From an uncultured Spirochaetota bacterium (GTDB lineage: Bacteria; Spirochaetota; Spirochaetia; SZUA-6; Fen-1364), in NCBI GenBank assembly GCA_963734545.1, contig CAVTHO010000007.1, forward strand, positions 480,001 through 544,000: DNA of 64,000 bases, in the 5' to 3' direction. Shown one piece after another: positions 9,593 to 19,811 of the stretch. The number at the start of each line of letters is the position of its first letter. Position 1 is the stretch's first letter. The notes beneath the pieces are model-generated. The model was not told the DNA's origin, did not search any database, and saw nothing but the letters and a program-made list of their open reading frames with translations. The position numbers and the translations under genes are program-made.

Positions 9593-10128
9593 GGGACAGG
9601 AGCGCAGTCTTTTTCGACCGGGACGGCGTGCTCAACGAGGCGATTGTCCGGGACGGAAAGCCCTATCCGCCGGGCAATCTGGCCGAGGTGAAGCTCGTCG
9701 AGGGAGCGATCGAGGGGTGTCGTCTCCTCAAGAGCGCGGGCTTTCTGCTCATCGGCGTGACGAACCAGCCGGATGTCGCGCGGGGAACCGCGCCCAAAGA
9801 ACAAGTCGAAGGGATAAACGATCATATCCGCGCGCGCGTCGGGCTGGATGAATTCCGCGTCTGTTATCATGACGATGCAGATCAGTGCTCCTGTCGAAAG
9901 CCGAAACCGGGCCTGCTTCTCGATGCCGCGAAAGACTGGGGCATCGACCTTGGCAGCAGCTTCATGGTGGGGGACAGGTGGAGGGATGTGCAGGCCGGCG
10001 CACGCGCGGGGTGCAGGACGGTGTTCCTGGACCGGGGGTACAAGGAAAATCTTCGGGACACGCCAGACGCGACAGTGTCTTGTTTTGAAGACGCAGTCTC
10101 CTGGATTCTCGAAAGGAGAGGGAAATGA
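9574..10128 (+). CDS. gmhB: D,D-heptose 1,7-bisphosphate phosphatase (HAD IIIA)
   Basis: FFDRDGVLN, VTNQP, C.CRKPKPG and MVGDRWRD motifs. Confidence 0.92.
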   Translation: MGVGTIGDRSAVFFDRDGVLNEAIVRDGKPYPPGNLAEVKLVEGAIEGCRLLKSAGFLLIGVTNQPDVARGTAPKEQVEGINDHIRARVGLDEFRVCYHDDADQCSCRKPKPGLLLDAAKDWGIDLGSSFMVGDRWRDVQAGARAGCRTVFLDRGYKENLRDTPDATVSCFEDAVSWILERRGK

Positions 10129-10847
10129 CGGGGGAAGCAATCGGGAAGTTGAAAACGAAAATCTTTGCAGATGGCGCGGACAAAGAGGCCATTCTGGCGC
10201 TTTATGGAAAGCCATACATCAAGGGCTTCACCACCAACCCGACGCTGATGCGCAAGGCAGGCATCTCAAACTACAAGGAGTTCGCTCTCGATATCCTCAA
10301 GGAAATTCCCGACAGACCCTTCTCTTTCGAGGTTTTCGCGGATGAAATGCCCGAGATGGAGAGACAGGCGCTCACGATCGCCCAGTGGGGAAAGAACGTC
10401 TACGTGAAAATCCCCATCACAAACACGCGGGGGGAGTCCACGAAGGAGCTCATCCAGAAGCTCTCCGCCAAAGGGCTCCGGCTCAACATTACTGCCATCA
10501 CAACGCTCGCGCAGGTGCGCAATATCCTCACCTGCTTCTCCGGCAGCCCATCCAGCTACATATCCATTTTCGCAGGGCGGATCGCCGACACGGGCGTGGA
10601 TCCGTACGAGCTCATGAAAGAAGCGGTGCAGCTCCTCAAGCCGTATCCGAATCTCGAGCTCATATGGGCAAGCCCGCGCGAGCTTTTGAACGTTTTCCAC
10701 GCGGAAAAGATCGGATGCCACATCATCACGGTCACGCCTGACATTCTGAAAAAGCTGGACCTCGTGGGAAAAGACCTGACCGATTATTCACTGGATACGG
10801 TCAAGATGTTCTACGAGGACGGCCGCAAGTCGGGTTTCGCGCTGTGA
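10125..10847 (+). CDS. tal: Transaldolase (short TalC/FSA type)
   Basis: GFTTNPTL, VYVKIP (Schiff-base Lys), FAGRIADTG and WASPRE motifs. Confidence 0.9.
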   Translation: MTGEAIGKLKTKIFADGADKEAILALYGKPYIKGFTTNPTLMRKAGISNYKEFALDILKEIPDRPFSFEVFADEMPEMERQALTIAQWGKNVYVKIPITNTRGESTKELIQKLSAKGLRLNITAITTLAQVRNILTCFSGSPSSYISIFAGRIADTGVDPYELMKEAVQLLKPYPNLELIWASPRELLNVFHAEKIGCHIITVTPDILKKLDLVGKDLTDYSLDTVKMFYEDGRKSGFAL

Positions 10848-11806
10848 GATGTCTCGTCACAGGCGGTGCCGGGTTTATCGGCAGCTCCCTTGTCGACCGG
10901 CTCCTGGCGCAAGGTGAAGAGGTCGTCTGCTTCGACAATTTCGACACGGGTCTTGCCGAGTTTCTCTCCGGCGCGCAGGGACACGGGAAATTCACCCTGG
11001 TGAAGGGCGACACCCTCGACATTTCGGCCCTGAAGGACGCCATGAAGGGCTGTGACATCGTCTTTCACCTGGCCGCGAATGCGGATGTCCGGTTCGGCTC
11101 CCAGCATCCCCGGAAAGATCTCGAGCAGAATACGATCGCCACGTACAATGTCCTGTCCTGCATGAAAGAGACAGGAGTCCGAAGGATCGCATTTTCCTCC
11201 ACCGGGTCCGTGTACGGAGAAGCAGCGATCATCCCCACACCTGAAGATGCGCCTTTCCCGGTGCAAACATCCCTCTACGGCGCATCAAAGCTCGCCTGCG
11301 AGGGGCTGATCGCTGCTTTCTGCGAGGCATACGACTTCCAGGCCTGGATCTTCAGGTTCGTATCGATCCTCGGGGAAAGATACACCCACGGGCATGTGTT
11401 CGATTTCTACCGCCAGCTCTCTGACGGCTCCGGCAGGCTGGCTGTGCTCGGCGATGGCACGCAGAAGAAATCCTATCTCTACATACAGGATTGCATGGAT
11501 GCAATCCTGCTGGCCATCGAGAAGGCTCGGGCAAAGGTCAGTATCTTCAATCTGGGGACGGACGAATACGTCGAGGTAAAAGATTCCATCCGGATCATCA
11601 CGGAAGAGCTGGGAGTACAGCCGAAGCTCTCCTTCAGCGGCGGGTCCCGGGGATGGATCGGTGACAATCCATTCATCTTTCTGGCATGTGCCAGGATACG
11701 GGCGCTGGGGTGGGCCCCGAAAGTGACGATCAGGGAAGGCATCGTGCGTACCGTTCGATTTCTCAAGGCAAACGACTGGGTTTTTGCCGCGCGGGGGACT
11801 CCCTGA
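10844..11806 (+). CDS. NAD-dependent epimerase/dehydratase (GalE-like extended SDR)
   Basis: TGGAGFIGS, HLAAN and YGASK motifs. Confidence 0.9.
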   Translation: MRCLVTGGAGFIGSSLVDRLLAQGEEVVCFDNFDTGLAEFLSGAQGHGKFTLVKGDTLDISALKDAMKGCDIVFHLAANADVRFGSQHPRKDLEQNTIATYNVLSCMKETGVRRIAFSSTGSVYGEAAIIPTPEDAPFPVQTSLYGASKLACEGLIAAFCEAYDFQAWIFRFVSILGERYTHGHVFDFYRQLSDGSGRLAVLGDGTQKKSYLYIQDCMDAILLAIEKARAKVSIFNLGTDEYVEVKDSIRIITEELGVQPKLSFSGGSRGWIGDNPFIFLACARIRALGWAPKVTIREGIVRTVRFLKANDWVFAARGTP

Positions 11807-12783
11807 TGGTCATGACGCGAAGTCCCCTCCGCATCACCCTCGGCGGCGGAGGAACCGACCTGCCCTCATACTACCGCGAACACGGCGGATTCCTGGTTGC
11901 GGGGGCAATCGACAAGTACGTGTTTGTCACCGTCAATCGCCCGTTCTACCCCGGCATATTCATCAAGTATTCGAAGATGGAACAGGTGGAGCGGATGGAA
12001 GAGATCCAGCACCCGATAATCCGCGAATCGCTCAAAGCGCTGGGGTTCGAGAATCCTCAAATCGAAATCAGCACCTTTGCCGATATTCCCGCGGGAACGG
12101 GCCTGGGTTCCTCCGGCAGCTTCACCACAGCCCTGCTCCGCGCTCTCAGCGCCCACAAGATGCAGCCCATGCTTCCCAGCCATCTGGCCCGGCTTGCCTG
12201 CGAAATCGAGATCGAACGGCTGAAAGAGCCGATCGGCAAACAGGACCAGTACATAGCCGCCTACGGGGGAATAACCTGCTTCACATTCAATTCCGACAAC
12301 AGCGTCCACGCGTCTCCCCTCCGCCTGGACAGTGAGACCCTGTTCGATCTGGAGGACAACCTCCTGCTTTTCTTCACCGGCATCTCCCGCAGCGCGGGCA
12401 GCGTGCTGAAGGACCAGGATCAGCGGACAAAGCTCGCGGACGACCAGATGATCGCGAACCTGCACTACGTGAAAGACCTGGGAATACGAAGCAAGCAGGC
12501 TTTGGAGGACGGCAAACCCCGCATCGTGGGAGAGCTCATGCACGAGCACTGGCTGAACAAGAAGAAGCGCTCAGAGGGCATGAGCAATCCCCAGATCGAC
12601 GAATGGTACGAGCTGGGCAGGAAGAACGGCGCGCTCGGCGGGAAGCTGGTCGGGGCCGGCGGCGGCGGATTTCTCATGTTCTACACGGAAGATCCGTCCC
12701 GGCTTCGGCGGGCTATGACGAACGCGGGACTTTCCGAGGTGCGCTTCCGGTTCGACTTCGAAGGAACAAAGGTGATCCTGTGA
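11806..12783 (+). CDS. hddA: D-glycero-alpha-D-manno-heptose-7-phosphate kinase (GHMP)
   Basis: PLRITLGGGGTD, PAGTGLGSSG, GKQDQY and GGKLVGAGGGGF motifs; TGATG overlap start. Confidence 0.88.
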   Translation: MVMTRSPLRITLGGGGTDLPSYYREHGGFLVAGAIDKYVFVTVNRPFYPGIFIKYSKMEQVERMEEIQHPIIRESLKALGFENPQIEISTFADIPAGTGLGSSGSFTTALLRALSAHKMQPMLPSHLARLACEIEIERLKEPIGKQDQYIAAYGGITCFTFNSDNSVHASPLRLDSETLFDLEDNLLLFFTGISRSAGSVLKDQDQRTKLADDQMIANLHYVKDLGIRSKQALEDGKPRIVGELMHEHWLNKKKRSEGMSNPQIDEWYELGRKNGALGGKLVGAGGGGFLMFYTEDPSRLRRAMTNAGLSEVRFRFDFEGTKVIL

Positions 12784-14103
12784 GCTCGATTGCAATCATC
12801 GGCACCGGCTACGTGGGGCTCGTGAGCGGGGCCTGCCTGGCTGACTTCGGCAACCAGGTCACCTGCGTGGACAGCGATCAACACAAGATCGAACGGCTGA
12901 AGGCGGGAGAGATCCCCATATTCGAGCCGGGCCTGGACCTGGTGGTGGCGCGGAACGCCGCGGCCGGCCGGTTGATGTTCACCACGGATCACGCGGCTGC
13001 CGTGCAGGCCAATGACGTCGTCTTCATTGCGGTGGGGACACCGCCCGCGGACGATGGAAGCGCAGACCTCCGGCACGTCGAAGAGGCCGCCCGCGCAATC
13101 GCGCGCGCGCTCAACGGATACAAGGTGATCGTGGACAAGAGCACCGTGCCGGTCGGTACGGGGCGCAAGGTGTCGGCGTGGATCGCGGAGGAGCTTGCCG
13201 CCCGAGGCGCTTCCTTCGAGTTCGATGTCGTGTCCAATCCCGAGTTCCTGCGGGAGGGCTCTGCCGTGCAGGACTTCACCCACCCTGATCGGGTGGTGAT
13301 CGGGTCGGACCGGCCCCGCGCGCGGGAGGCAATGAAGGAAGTCTACCGCGCCCTGTTCCTGAATGAGACACCCTACATCGAAACCGGCCTGGAAACGGCG
13401 GAGATGATCAAGTACGCGTCGAACGCGTTTCTCGCCGTGAAGATCACGTTCATCAACGAGGTAGCGAACCTCTGCGAGGCCGTGGGCGCGAATGTACAGG
13501 ATGTCGCGCGCGCCATGGGCAAGGACGGTCGGATAGGCTCAAAGTACCTGCATGCGGGGCCCGGCTACGGCGGCTCCTGTTTTCCAAAGGACACCCGGGC
13601 CATGGCACGCACGGGGCGTGACTACGGGGCGCCCCTCAGCGTCGTGGAGACGACCATAACGGCAAACGATCGACAGAAAGAGCGCATGGTGCGGAAGATC
13701 GAGGAAGGCCTGGACGGCGTGAAAGGCAAGACAATCGCCGTGCTGGGTCTTTCATTCAAGCCGAATACGGATGACGTCCGGGAAGCGCCCGCGCTGACGA
13801 TCTGCGAAGGGCTGGCCGCACACGGGGCCTTCCTGCGCGTCTGGGACCCCGCAGGCATGAATGAGGCGGCATGGCGGCTCGAGCATATCCGCGGGAAGCT
13901 TACGTTTGCCCGCGATGAGTATGACGCGCTGGATGGAGCGGATGCGCTGGTGATCGTGACGGAGTGGAACCAGTTCCGCAACCTCGACCTGGACAGGGTG
14001 AAGGGTCTCATGAAGTCCCCGCTCTTTTTCGACCTGCGGAACATCTACGTGAAAGCAGGATGTCGTGGCAAAGGGATTCACGTACTTCGGAGTGGGCAGG
14101 TAG
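12780..14103 (+). CDS. ugd: UDP-glucose/GDP-mannose 6-dehydrogenase (frameshift ~14055)
   Basis: IGTGYVG, SNPEFLREG, GYGGSCFPKD and FKPNTDD. The typical C-terminus KQDVVAKGFTYFGVGR* lies in another frame and ends at TAG 14101-14103. Confidence 0.92.
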
Positions 14104-14105
14104 AC

Positions 14106-14978
14106 ATGAAAATGCAGGCAGCGAAACCTGATGGCCGCGACGATCGCTGGACCATGACCATCAAACCCAGATCGCCGCTGGTCAATATGAATATCGCCGA
14201 CCTGTGGCGACACCGCGATCTCATCGGCCTGTTCGTGCGTCGGGATCTCGTGTCCGTGTACAAACAGACGGTGCTGGGGCCCATCTGGTTCCTGCTCCAA
14301 CCGATAATGAACACCGTGGTCTACACGGTCATTTTCGGGAACCTGGCAAAGATGTCGTCGGACGGCCTCCCGCGCACGCTCTTCTACTTTTCCGGTACCA
14401 TGCTGTGGCAATTCTTCTCCACCTGCGTCACTAAGACGTCGGACACGTTCATCGCCAATGCATCCATCTTCGGCAAGGTGTATTTTCCCCGGTTGACAGT
14501 GGCGGTCGCAAACGTCTTCACGAACCTCATCACCTTTGCTATCCAATTCGTGTTGTTCCTTTGCATCATGGGCTATTTCATGCTTACCGGGGCTCCTGTC
14601 CATCCTAACCTTGCGATCATCCTGCTGCCGCTCATTATTCTCTTCATGGCAGCCCTTGGCTTGGGATTTGGCATAATCATTTCAGCCCTGACGACGAAAT
14701 ACCGGGACCTGAAGCAATTGGTGTCTTTCGGCGTTCAATTGTGGATGTATGCGACACCGATCGTGTTTCCGCTCTCCCAGGTGCCGGAGCAGTGGCGCTG
14801 GGCTTTCATCATCAATCCGATTACCCCTCTGGTCGAGGCTTTCCGATTCGCCTTCCTGGGCACGGGCACGGTGAACATGACATATCTTGCCGTGAGTGGA
14901 GGGGCAACCATCCTGATTCTGCTGCTCGGCATGCTGATGTTCGGTCGGGTCGAACGGACATTCATGGACGTGGTGTAA
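14106..14978 (+). CDS. wzm: Polysaccharide ABC transporter permease
   Basis: RRDLVSVYKQTVLGPIW, KVYFPR, KYRD, MYATPIV and INP motifs; six hydrophobic segments. Confidence 0.93.
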   Translation: MKMQAAKPDGRDDRWTMTIKPRSPLVNMNIADLWRHRDLIGLFVRRDLVSVYKQTVLGPIWFLLQPIMNTVVYTVIFGNLAKMSSDGLPRTLFYFSGTMLWQFFSTCVTKTSDTFIANASIFGKVYFPRLTVAVANVFTNLITFAIQFVLFLCIMGYFMLTGAPVHPNLAIILLPLIILFMAALGLGFGIIISALTTKYRDLKQLVSFGVQLWMYATPIVFPLSQVPEQWRWAFIINPITPLVEAFRFAFLGTGTVNMTYLAVSGGATILILLLGMLMFGRVERTFMDVV

Positions 14979-14980
14979 GC

Positions 14981-16294
14981 ATGCCGGAAACCGTCATCAG
15001 AATCGAGCGCCTCTCCAAACAATACCGCCTCGGGGTTATCAACCATGGGCGGTTGAGCAGGGACCTGCAAAGCTGGTGGGCCAGGGTGCGAGGAGTGGAA
15101 GATCCGAACTCGCGTGTTGATGGCGCTGGCCTGGGGCGCTCTTCGCCGGGCATCGACCGGTTCTGGGCTCTGCGGGATATTTCCTTCGATGTCCAGCGCG
15201 GGGACCGGGTCGGTATTGTCGGGCAAAACGGGGCGGGGAAGTCCACACTTTTGAAAATCCTTTCCCGTGTCACCGCGCCTACTGAAGGCATCATCAAAGT
15301 AAAGGGGCGCGTCGCCAGCCTCCTGGAAGTAGGCACGGGGTTCAGCCCCGAGCTGACCGGGCGGGAAAACATCTTTCTCAACGGCGCCATTCTGGGAATG
15401 CGGAAGACGGAAGTCCGTCGGAAGTTCGATGAGATCGTATCCTTCGCGGAAGTGGAGAAATTCATCGACACGCCGGTCAAGCGGTACTCGAGCGGAATGT
15501 ATGTGCGCCTGGCGTTTGCAGTGGCGGCACATCTCGAACCCGACATCCTTGTCGTCGATGAGGTGCTCGCGGTGGGAGACATCGCGTTCCAGAGAAAGTG
15601 CTTGGGAAAGATGGAAGAAGTGAGCAGGACGGAAGGCCGGACCATCCTGTTCGTGAGCCACAACCTGCAGGCGGTGCGGACTATCTGCGACAGGGCCATC
15701 CTGCTCGTCTCCGGCCGCATGGAGCTCGACGGCGGCACGGAAAGCGTGCTGAGCGCATATGGCCAGACGCTTCGAAACCTGAGGATCGACGAAAGTGCGC
15801 TTGTCGGCGATGCATCACGCCGGCGCGGCTCCGGGCAGATACGGATCACCTCCGTCTCCGTGCAGAATGTGTCGGGCGAGGAGAGCTTTCATTTCGCGAT
15901 GGGCGACACAATAAGAATATCTGTTTCCTACAAAGTACTTGAGGACTTGAAGGGCTGTGCGCTGTATATAGGCCTCAGGTCGAGCGCCACAAACGAGCTC
16001 GTGACATCAGTCAGACACGTCATCAGCGACCTTCGGCTTCCCGCGGGGTTCGTTGGAACCGCGACTGTCGAATTGCCGGATGTATTCTTGAGGCCTGGAG
16101 AGTACCCCTTCTACTTTCACGTGAGCGAGGCCTCGCTGGAGAGCAGGAAGTTCGATGTCCTCGACGATGCGACTCACCCGCTCGTCATCTCCCCGGGTGA
16201 CCGCAAGCTGTTCGCAAACTACGAACCTGAGCAGACTGTAGGCTACTTCTCCTTGCCATCGCGGCTGATCCAGAGCGAGCCAGTGGGCCGCTGA
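14981..16294 (+). CDS. wzt: Polysaccharide ABC transporter ATPase with C-terminal Wzt_C domain
   Basis: GQNGAGKST, KRYSSGM, VDEVLAVGD and VSH motifs, plus a ~170 aa beta-rich C-terminal extension. Confidence 0.93.
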   Translation: MPETVIRIERLSKQYRLGVINHGRLSRDLQSWWARVRGVEDPNSRVDGAGLGRSSPGIDRFWALRDISFDVQRGDRVGIVGQNGAGKSTLLKILSRVTAPTEGIIKVKGRVASLLEVGTGFSPELTGRENIFLNGAILGMRKTEVRRKFDEIVSFAEVEKFIDTPVKRYSSGMYVRLAFAVAAHLEPDILVVDEVLAVGDIAFQRKCLGKMEEVSRTEGRTILFVSHNLQAVRTICDRAILLVSGRMELDGGTESVLSAYGQTLRNLRIDESALVGDASRRRGSGQIRITSVSVQNVSGEESFHFAMGDTIRISVSYKVLEDLKGCALYIGLRSSATNELVTSVRHVISDLRLPAGFVGTATVELPDVFLRPGEYPFYFHVSEASLESRKFDVLDDATHPLVISPGDRKLFANYEPEQTVGYFSLPSRLIQSEPVGR

Positions 16295-16304
16295 GAGGGA
16301 ACAT

Positions 16305-17306
16305 ATGCTGAGTGGAAAATCACTCCTGGTAACAGGCGGTACGGGCTCTTTCGGAAAGAAATTCATACGAACGATATTAGAAAAGTATCCGGAAATCGAG
16401 CGGATCGTCGTCTTCTCCCGGGACGAATTCAAGCAATTCCAGATGTCAAATCTCCCTTGGATCAAGGGCAGCCAGAAGATACGCTTCTTCATTGGCGACG
16501 TCAGGGACAAGGAAAGGCTGCTGCGAGCGTTCGACGGCGTGGATATTGTCGTGCATGCCGCGGCGCTCAAACAGATCCCCTCCTGCGAGTACAATCCGTT
16601 CGAGGCAATCAAGACGAACGTCCTGGGAGCGCAGAACGTCATCGACGCCGCGATTGACCGAAACGTGAGAAAGGTCGTAGCCCTCAGCACGGACAAGGCG
16701 TGCAATCCCATCAATCTCTATGGCGCCACCAAGCTGTGCTCGGACAAGCTGTTCGTTGCCGGAAATGCGTATGCGGGTCACCACGACACTGCATTTTCCG
16801 TTGTGCGATACGGAAATGTCGCCGGCAGCAGGGGGTCGGTCATTCCGTTCTTCAAGCAGCTCATTGCCTCAGGCGTGCCGGAACTCCCCATCACCGATCG
16901 CCGAATGACGCGCTTCTGGCTCAAGCTGGACGAAGCGGTCGACCTCGTGCTCAAGGCGCTTCGGGACATGCGCGGCGGAGAGCTGTTTGTGAAGAAAACC
17001 CCTTCGATCGAAATCGTCCGTCTCGCCGAGGCACTGGCCCCTTCGCTGCCGCTCAGAGATGTGGGGATCAGACCGGGAGAGAAAATCCACGAGATGATGA
17101 TCTCAAAGGAAGATGCCCGTAACACCTTGGAGTTCGACAAGTATTTCGTCATCCAGCCCGACTTCGAGTGGTGGAACAGAAACGAAGATTCCCTTCGGGG
17201 AAAAGCCGTCGCGGCCGACTTCGAGTATCACAGCGGGAACAATACGGACTGGCTGTCGGTGGAGCAGATGAAGGTTCTTATCGACGAGCTCGACGGCGAT
17301 GAGTAA
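16305..17306 (+). CDS. pseB: UDP-GlcNAc 4,6-dehydratase (inverting)
   Basis: TGGTGSFG, SRDEFKQ, LSTDKACNPINLYGATK, RYGNV and GIRPGEK motifs. Confidence 0.93.
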   Translation: MLSGKSLLVTGGTGSFGKKFIRTILEKYPEIERIVVFSRDEFKQFQMSNLPWIKGSQKIRFFIGDVRDKERLLRAFDGVDIVVHAAALKQIPSCEYNPFEAIKTNVLGAQNVIDAAIDRNVRKVVALSTDKACNPINLYGATKLCSDKLFVAGNAYAGHHDTAFSVVRYGNVAGSRGSVIPFFKQLIASGVPELPITDRRMTRFWLKLDEAVDLVLKALRDMRGGELFVKKTPSIEIVRLAEALAPSLPLRDVGIRPGEKIHEMMISKEDARNTLEFDKYFVIQPDFEWWNRNEDSLRGKAVAADFEYHSGNNTDWLSVEQMKVLIDELDGDE

Positions 17307-18462
17307 GGTCTATTCTTATGGGCGGCAGTCGATCTCGCGCGGCGATATACGGGAGGTGGTAAAGGTCCTCAGGTCTCCCTGGCTCACTCAAGGGCCCAAG
17401 GTGGCCGAGTTCGAAAGAGCCCTCTGCGCGTACACGGGGGCAAAATACGCCCTCGCTGCCGCGAACGGGACGGCAGCCCTTCACCTGGCCATGCTGGCCC
17501 TGGATGTGCCTGCCGGTGCCCGAGTCCTCACGTCTCCGATAACATTCGTCGCTTCCGCGAACTGCGCGCGGTATGTGGGGCTCGATGTGGATTTCGCAGA
17601 CATCGAAGAAGACACGGCCTGTGTTGACCCCTCGAGCATCTCCCAGCGGATAGACTCCCGGACCCGGGTGATCATTCCCGTTCATTTTACCGGAAGACCC
17701 TGCAACATGGCGGAGATTTCCAGAATCGCGCGGAAGGCCGGAGCGTTCATTGTCGAGGACGCTGCGCACGCCATCGGGTCAGAGTACAAGGGAAACCGGA
17801 TCGGTTCCTGCACCTACTCGGACATGACTGCGTTCTCGTTCCACCCCGTAAAGACTATCACGACCGCGGAGGGCGGTGCGGTCACGACGAACGACGGGCG
17901 TCTCTATGAACGCCTGGTGACGCTGAGGAATCACGGGATTACCAGGGACTCGTCGAAGCTGCTTGCCGAAAACGAGGGCCCGTGGTACTACGAGATGCAG
18001 ACCCTCGGATACAACTACCGGCTTACGGATATGCAGGCCGCGCTCGGTACTTCACAACTCGGGCGACTGGACAAAGTTGTCGCGCGCCGCCGCCACATCG
18101 TGAAGCTGTATCGCAGCGAGCTCTCCTCCCTCCCGGGATGCTCCATGCTTTCCGCTGATGACGATGCTCATTCGGCCTACCACTTGTTCCCGATCCTGGT
18201 GGACTTCTCGCGGCTGACGATATCCAAAGCGCGCATGTTCGAGCTGCTCGAGGAGAAAGGGCTGCGCCTCCAAGTCCATTACATTCCTGTCCACTTACAG
18301 CCATACTACCGCAAGCTCGGTTTCGGTCCGGGGATGTTCCCTCACGCGGAAGCCTACTACGCGAAGACAATCTCTCTTCCCCTCTTCCCATCGCTCTCAG
18401 ACCGGGAAATCCGGAAGATCGCTGGAATTGTCCGGGAAATCGTTGCACGCAACCATGCTTGA
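17299..18462 (+). CDS. pseC: UDP-4-amino-4,6-dideoxy-N-acetyl-beta-L-altrosamine transaminase
   Basis: YGRQSI, LTQGP, SFHPVKTITTAEGG, WYYEMQTLGYNYR and QVHYIP motifs; directly follows pseB. Confidence 0.9.
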   Translation: MSKVYSYGRQSISRGDIREVVKVLRSPWLTQGPKVAEFERALCAYTGAKYALAAANGTAALHLAMLALDVPAGARVLTSPITFVASANCARYVGLDVDFADIEEDTACVDPSSISQRIDSRTRVIIPVHFTGRPCNMAEISRIARKAGAFIVEDAAHAIGSEYKGNRIGSCTYSDMTAFSFHPVKTITTAEGGAVTTNDGRLYERLVTLRNHGITRDSSKLLAENEGPWYYEMQTLGYNYRLTDMQAALGTSQLGRLDKVVARRRHIVKLYRSELSSLPGCSMLSADDDAHSAYHLFPILVDFSRLTISKARMFELLEEKGLRLQVHYIPVHLQPYYRKLGFGPGMFPHAEAYYAKTISLPLFPSLSDREIRKIAGIVREIVARNHA

Positions 18463-19212
18463 GATTGGCCTGAAGCTGTGGTCGTCGAACGTGAGCTTTA
18501 TTCCCATTGCGCATCGGCTGCACGAACTGGGCGTCTACCGCTACATCGAGCTCTACTCCGTCCCGGGTCCCTCTCCGATACCATCCGTCCATGGAGGGAC
18601 CTGGGGGTGCCTTTCGTGATTCATGCGCCGCATTCGGGTCATGGCATGAATCTCGCGCGCTCCGAACGCCGGGAGACCAATTCCGTTTTGATCGATGAAG
18701 CGCGGCGATTCGCGGATGAGCTCAAGGCAGACTCTATCATCCTTCATCCGGGAGTCGCGGGAAGCATAGACGAAACGGCACGCCAGATCCGGAGCATCAA
18801 AGATGAGCGCCTTCTGATCGAGAACAAGCCATACTACTCGATCTATGACCATTCGGTGTGCAACGGCTACTCGCCGCAGGATATCAGGTACATCATGGAG
18901 GAGACCGGCGTCGGCTTTTGTCTCGACTTCGCCCATGCCATCAGCGCGGCGAACGCCCTGGCGGTGGACCGGATAGGATGGGTCGCGCGTCTTGTGAAAC
19001 TCGAACCCCGGATATTCCACCTCAGCGACGGCGAATACGATGGAGTAGAGGACAAGCACCTGAGCCTGGGTCAGGGCAGCTATCAGTTGCCCGCGCTTGT
19101 CTCGTTTCTGCCGCGGGACGCTCGCGTTACGCTGGAGACGGAAAAGGACGAGAAACTCGAAAGGTTCCAGGCAGACGTATCGGCCCTGCAAGCGGCGCTC
19201 GGTGCAGCGTAG
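18455..19212 (+). CDS. Xylose-isomerase/AP-endonuclease-2-like TIM-barrel metalloenzyme (frameshift ~18570)
   Basis: MLEIGLKLWS...IELYSVPG joins SLSDTI...IHAPH, ILHPG, LIENKP, CLDFAH, FHLSDG, DKHL and TLET (a metal-ligand pattern). Confidence 0.75.
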
Positions 19213-19811
19213 TGCGAGTGCTTTTTCTCACCGGCAGTGACGTCTCCGCACCGCTCATTGATTGGTTGAAAACGGCCGCGGGCGTGCAGGTCGCGCGATA
19301 CTCTGAGCCGATCTCTGTTCAGGTTTGCGACGAAATCCAGCCGGACACGGTAGTGAGTTACAACTATCGTCACATCATCAGGCCCGATGTGCTGGAACGC
19401 GTGCACGGGAAAGCGATAAATCTCCACATCTCGTACCTTCCGTGGAACCGGGGCGCCCATCCTAATGTGTGGAGTTTTCTCGATGATACGCCCAAGGGAG
19501 TGACCATCCATCTCGTTGACGAGGGCATTGATACGGGAGGGATCCTTCTCCAGCATGAGCTCCAGTTCGACCCTGACACGGAAACCTTCCAGACAAGCTA
19601 CGAAAAGCTGCATGTAAAGATACAAGAGCTTTTCATTGAGGGGTGGGGGGGGCTTCGCTCCTTCTCGCTTCCGGCCAAAATACAAAATCCTCGCGAGGGA
19701 TCGAGGCATTTTGCACGCGACCTCGACCGGCTTCGCGAGATTGCCGGGAGCAGCCTCTGGAACACGCCAATCTCAGAGATTAAACGGAGGTACCGCAACG
19801 CGGCGCCATGA
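19212..19811 (+). CDS. Sugar N-formyltransferase (Formyl_trans_N)
   Basis: SYNYRHII, INLHISYLPWNRG and GVTIHLVDEGIDTG motifs. Confidence 0.88.
   Translation: MRVLFLTGSDVSAPLIDWLKTAAGVQVARYSEPISVQVCDEIQPDTVVSYNYRHIIRPDVLERVHGKAINLHISYLPWNRGAHPNVWSFLDDTPKGVTIHLVDEGIDTGGILLQHELQFDPDTETFQTSYEKLHVKIQELFIEGWGGLRSFSLPAKIQNPREGSRHFARDLDRLREIAGSSLWNTPISEIKRRYRNAAP

Noticed and set aside
12603-14978. 791-aa Ugd-Wzm fusion in the ORF track
   Set aside because: The canonical Ugd end (GFTYFGVGR*) is in another frame and stops at 14103, just before ATG 14106; one indel explains the fusion.
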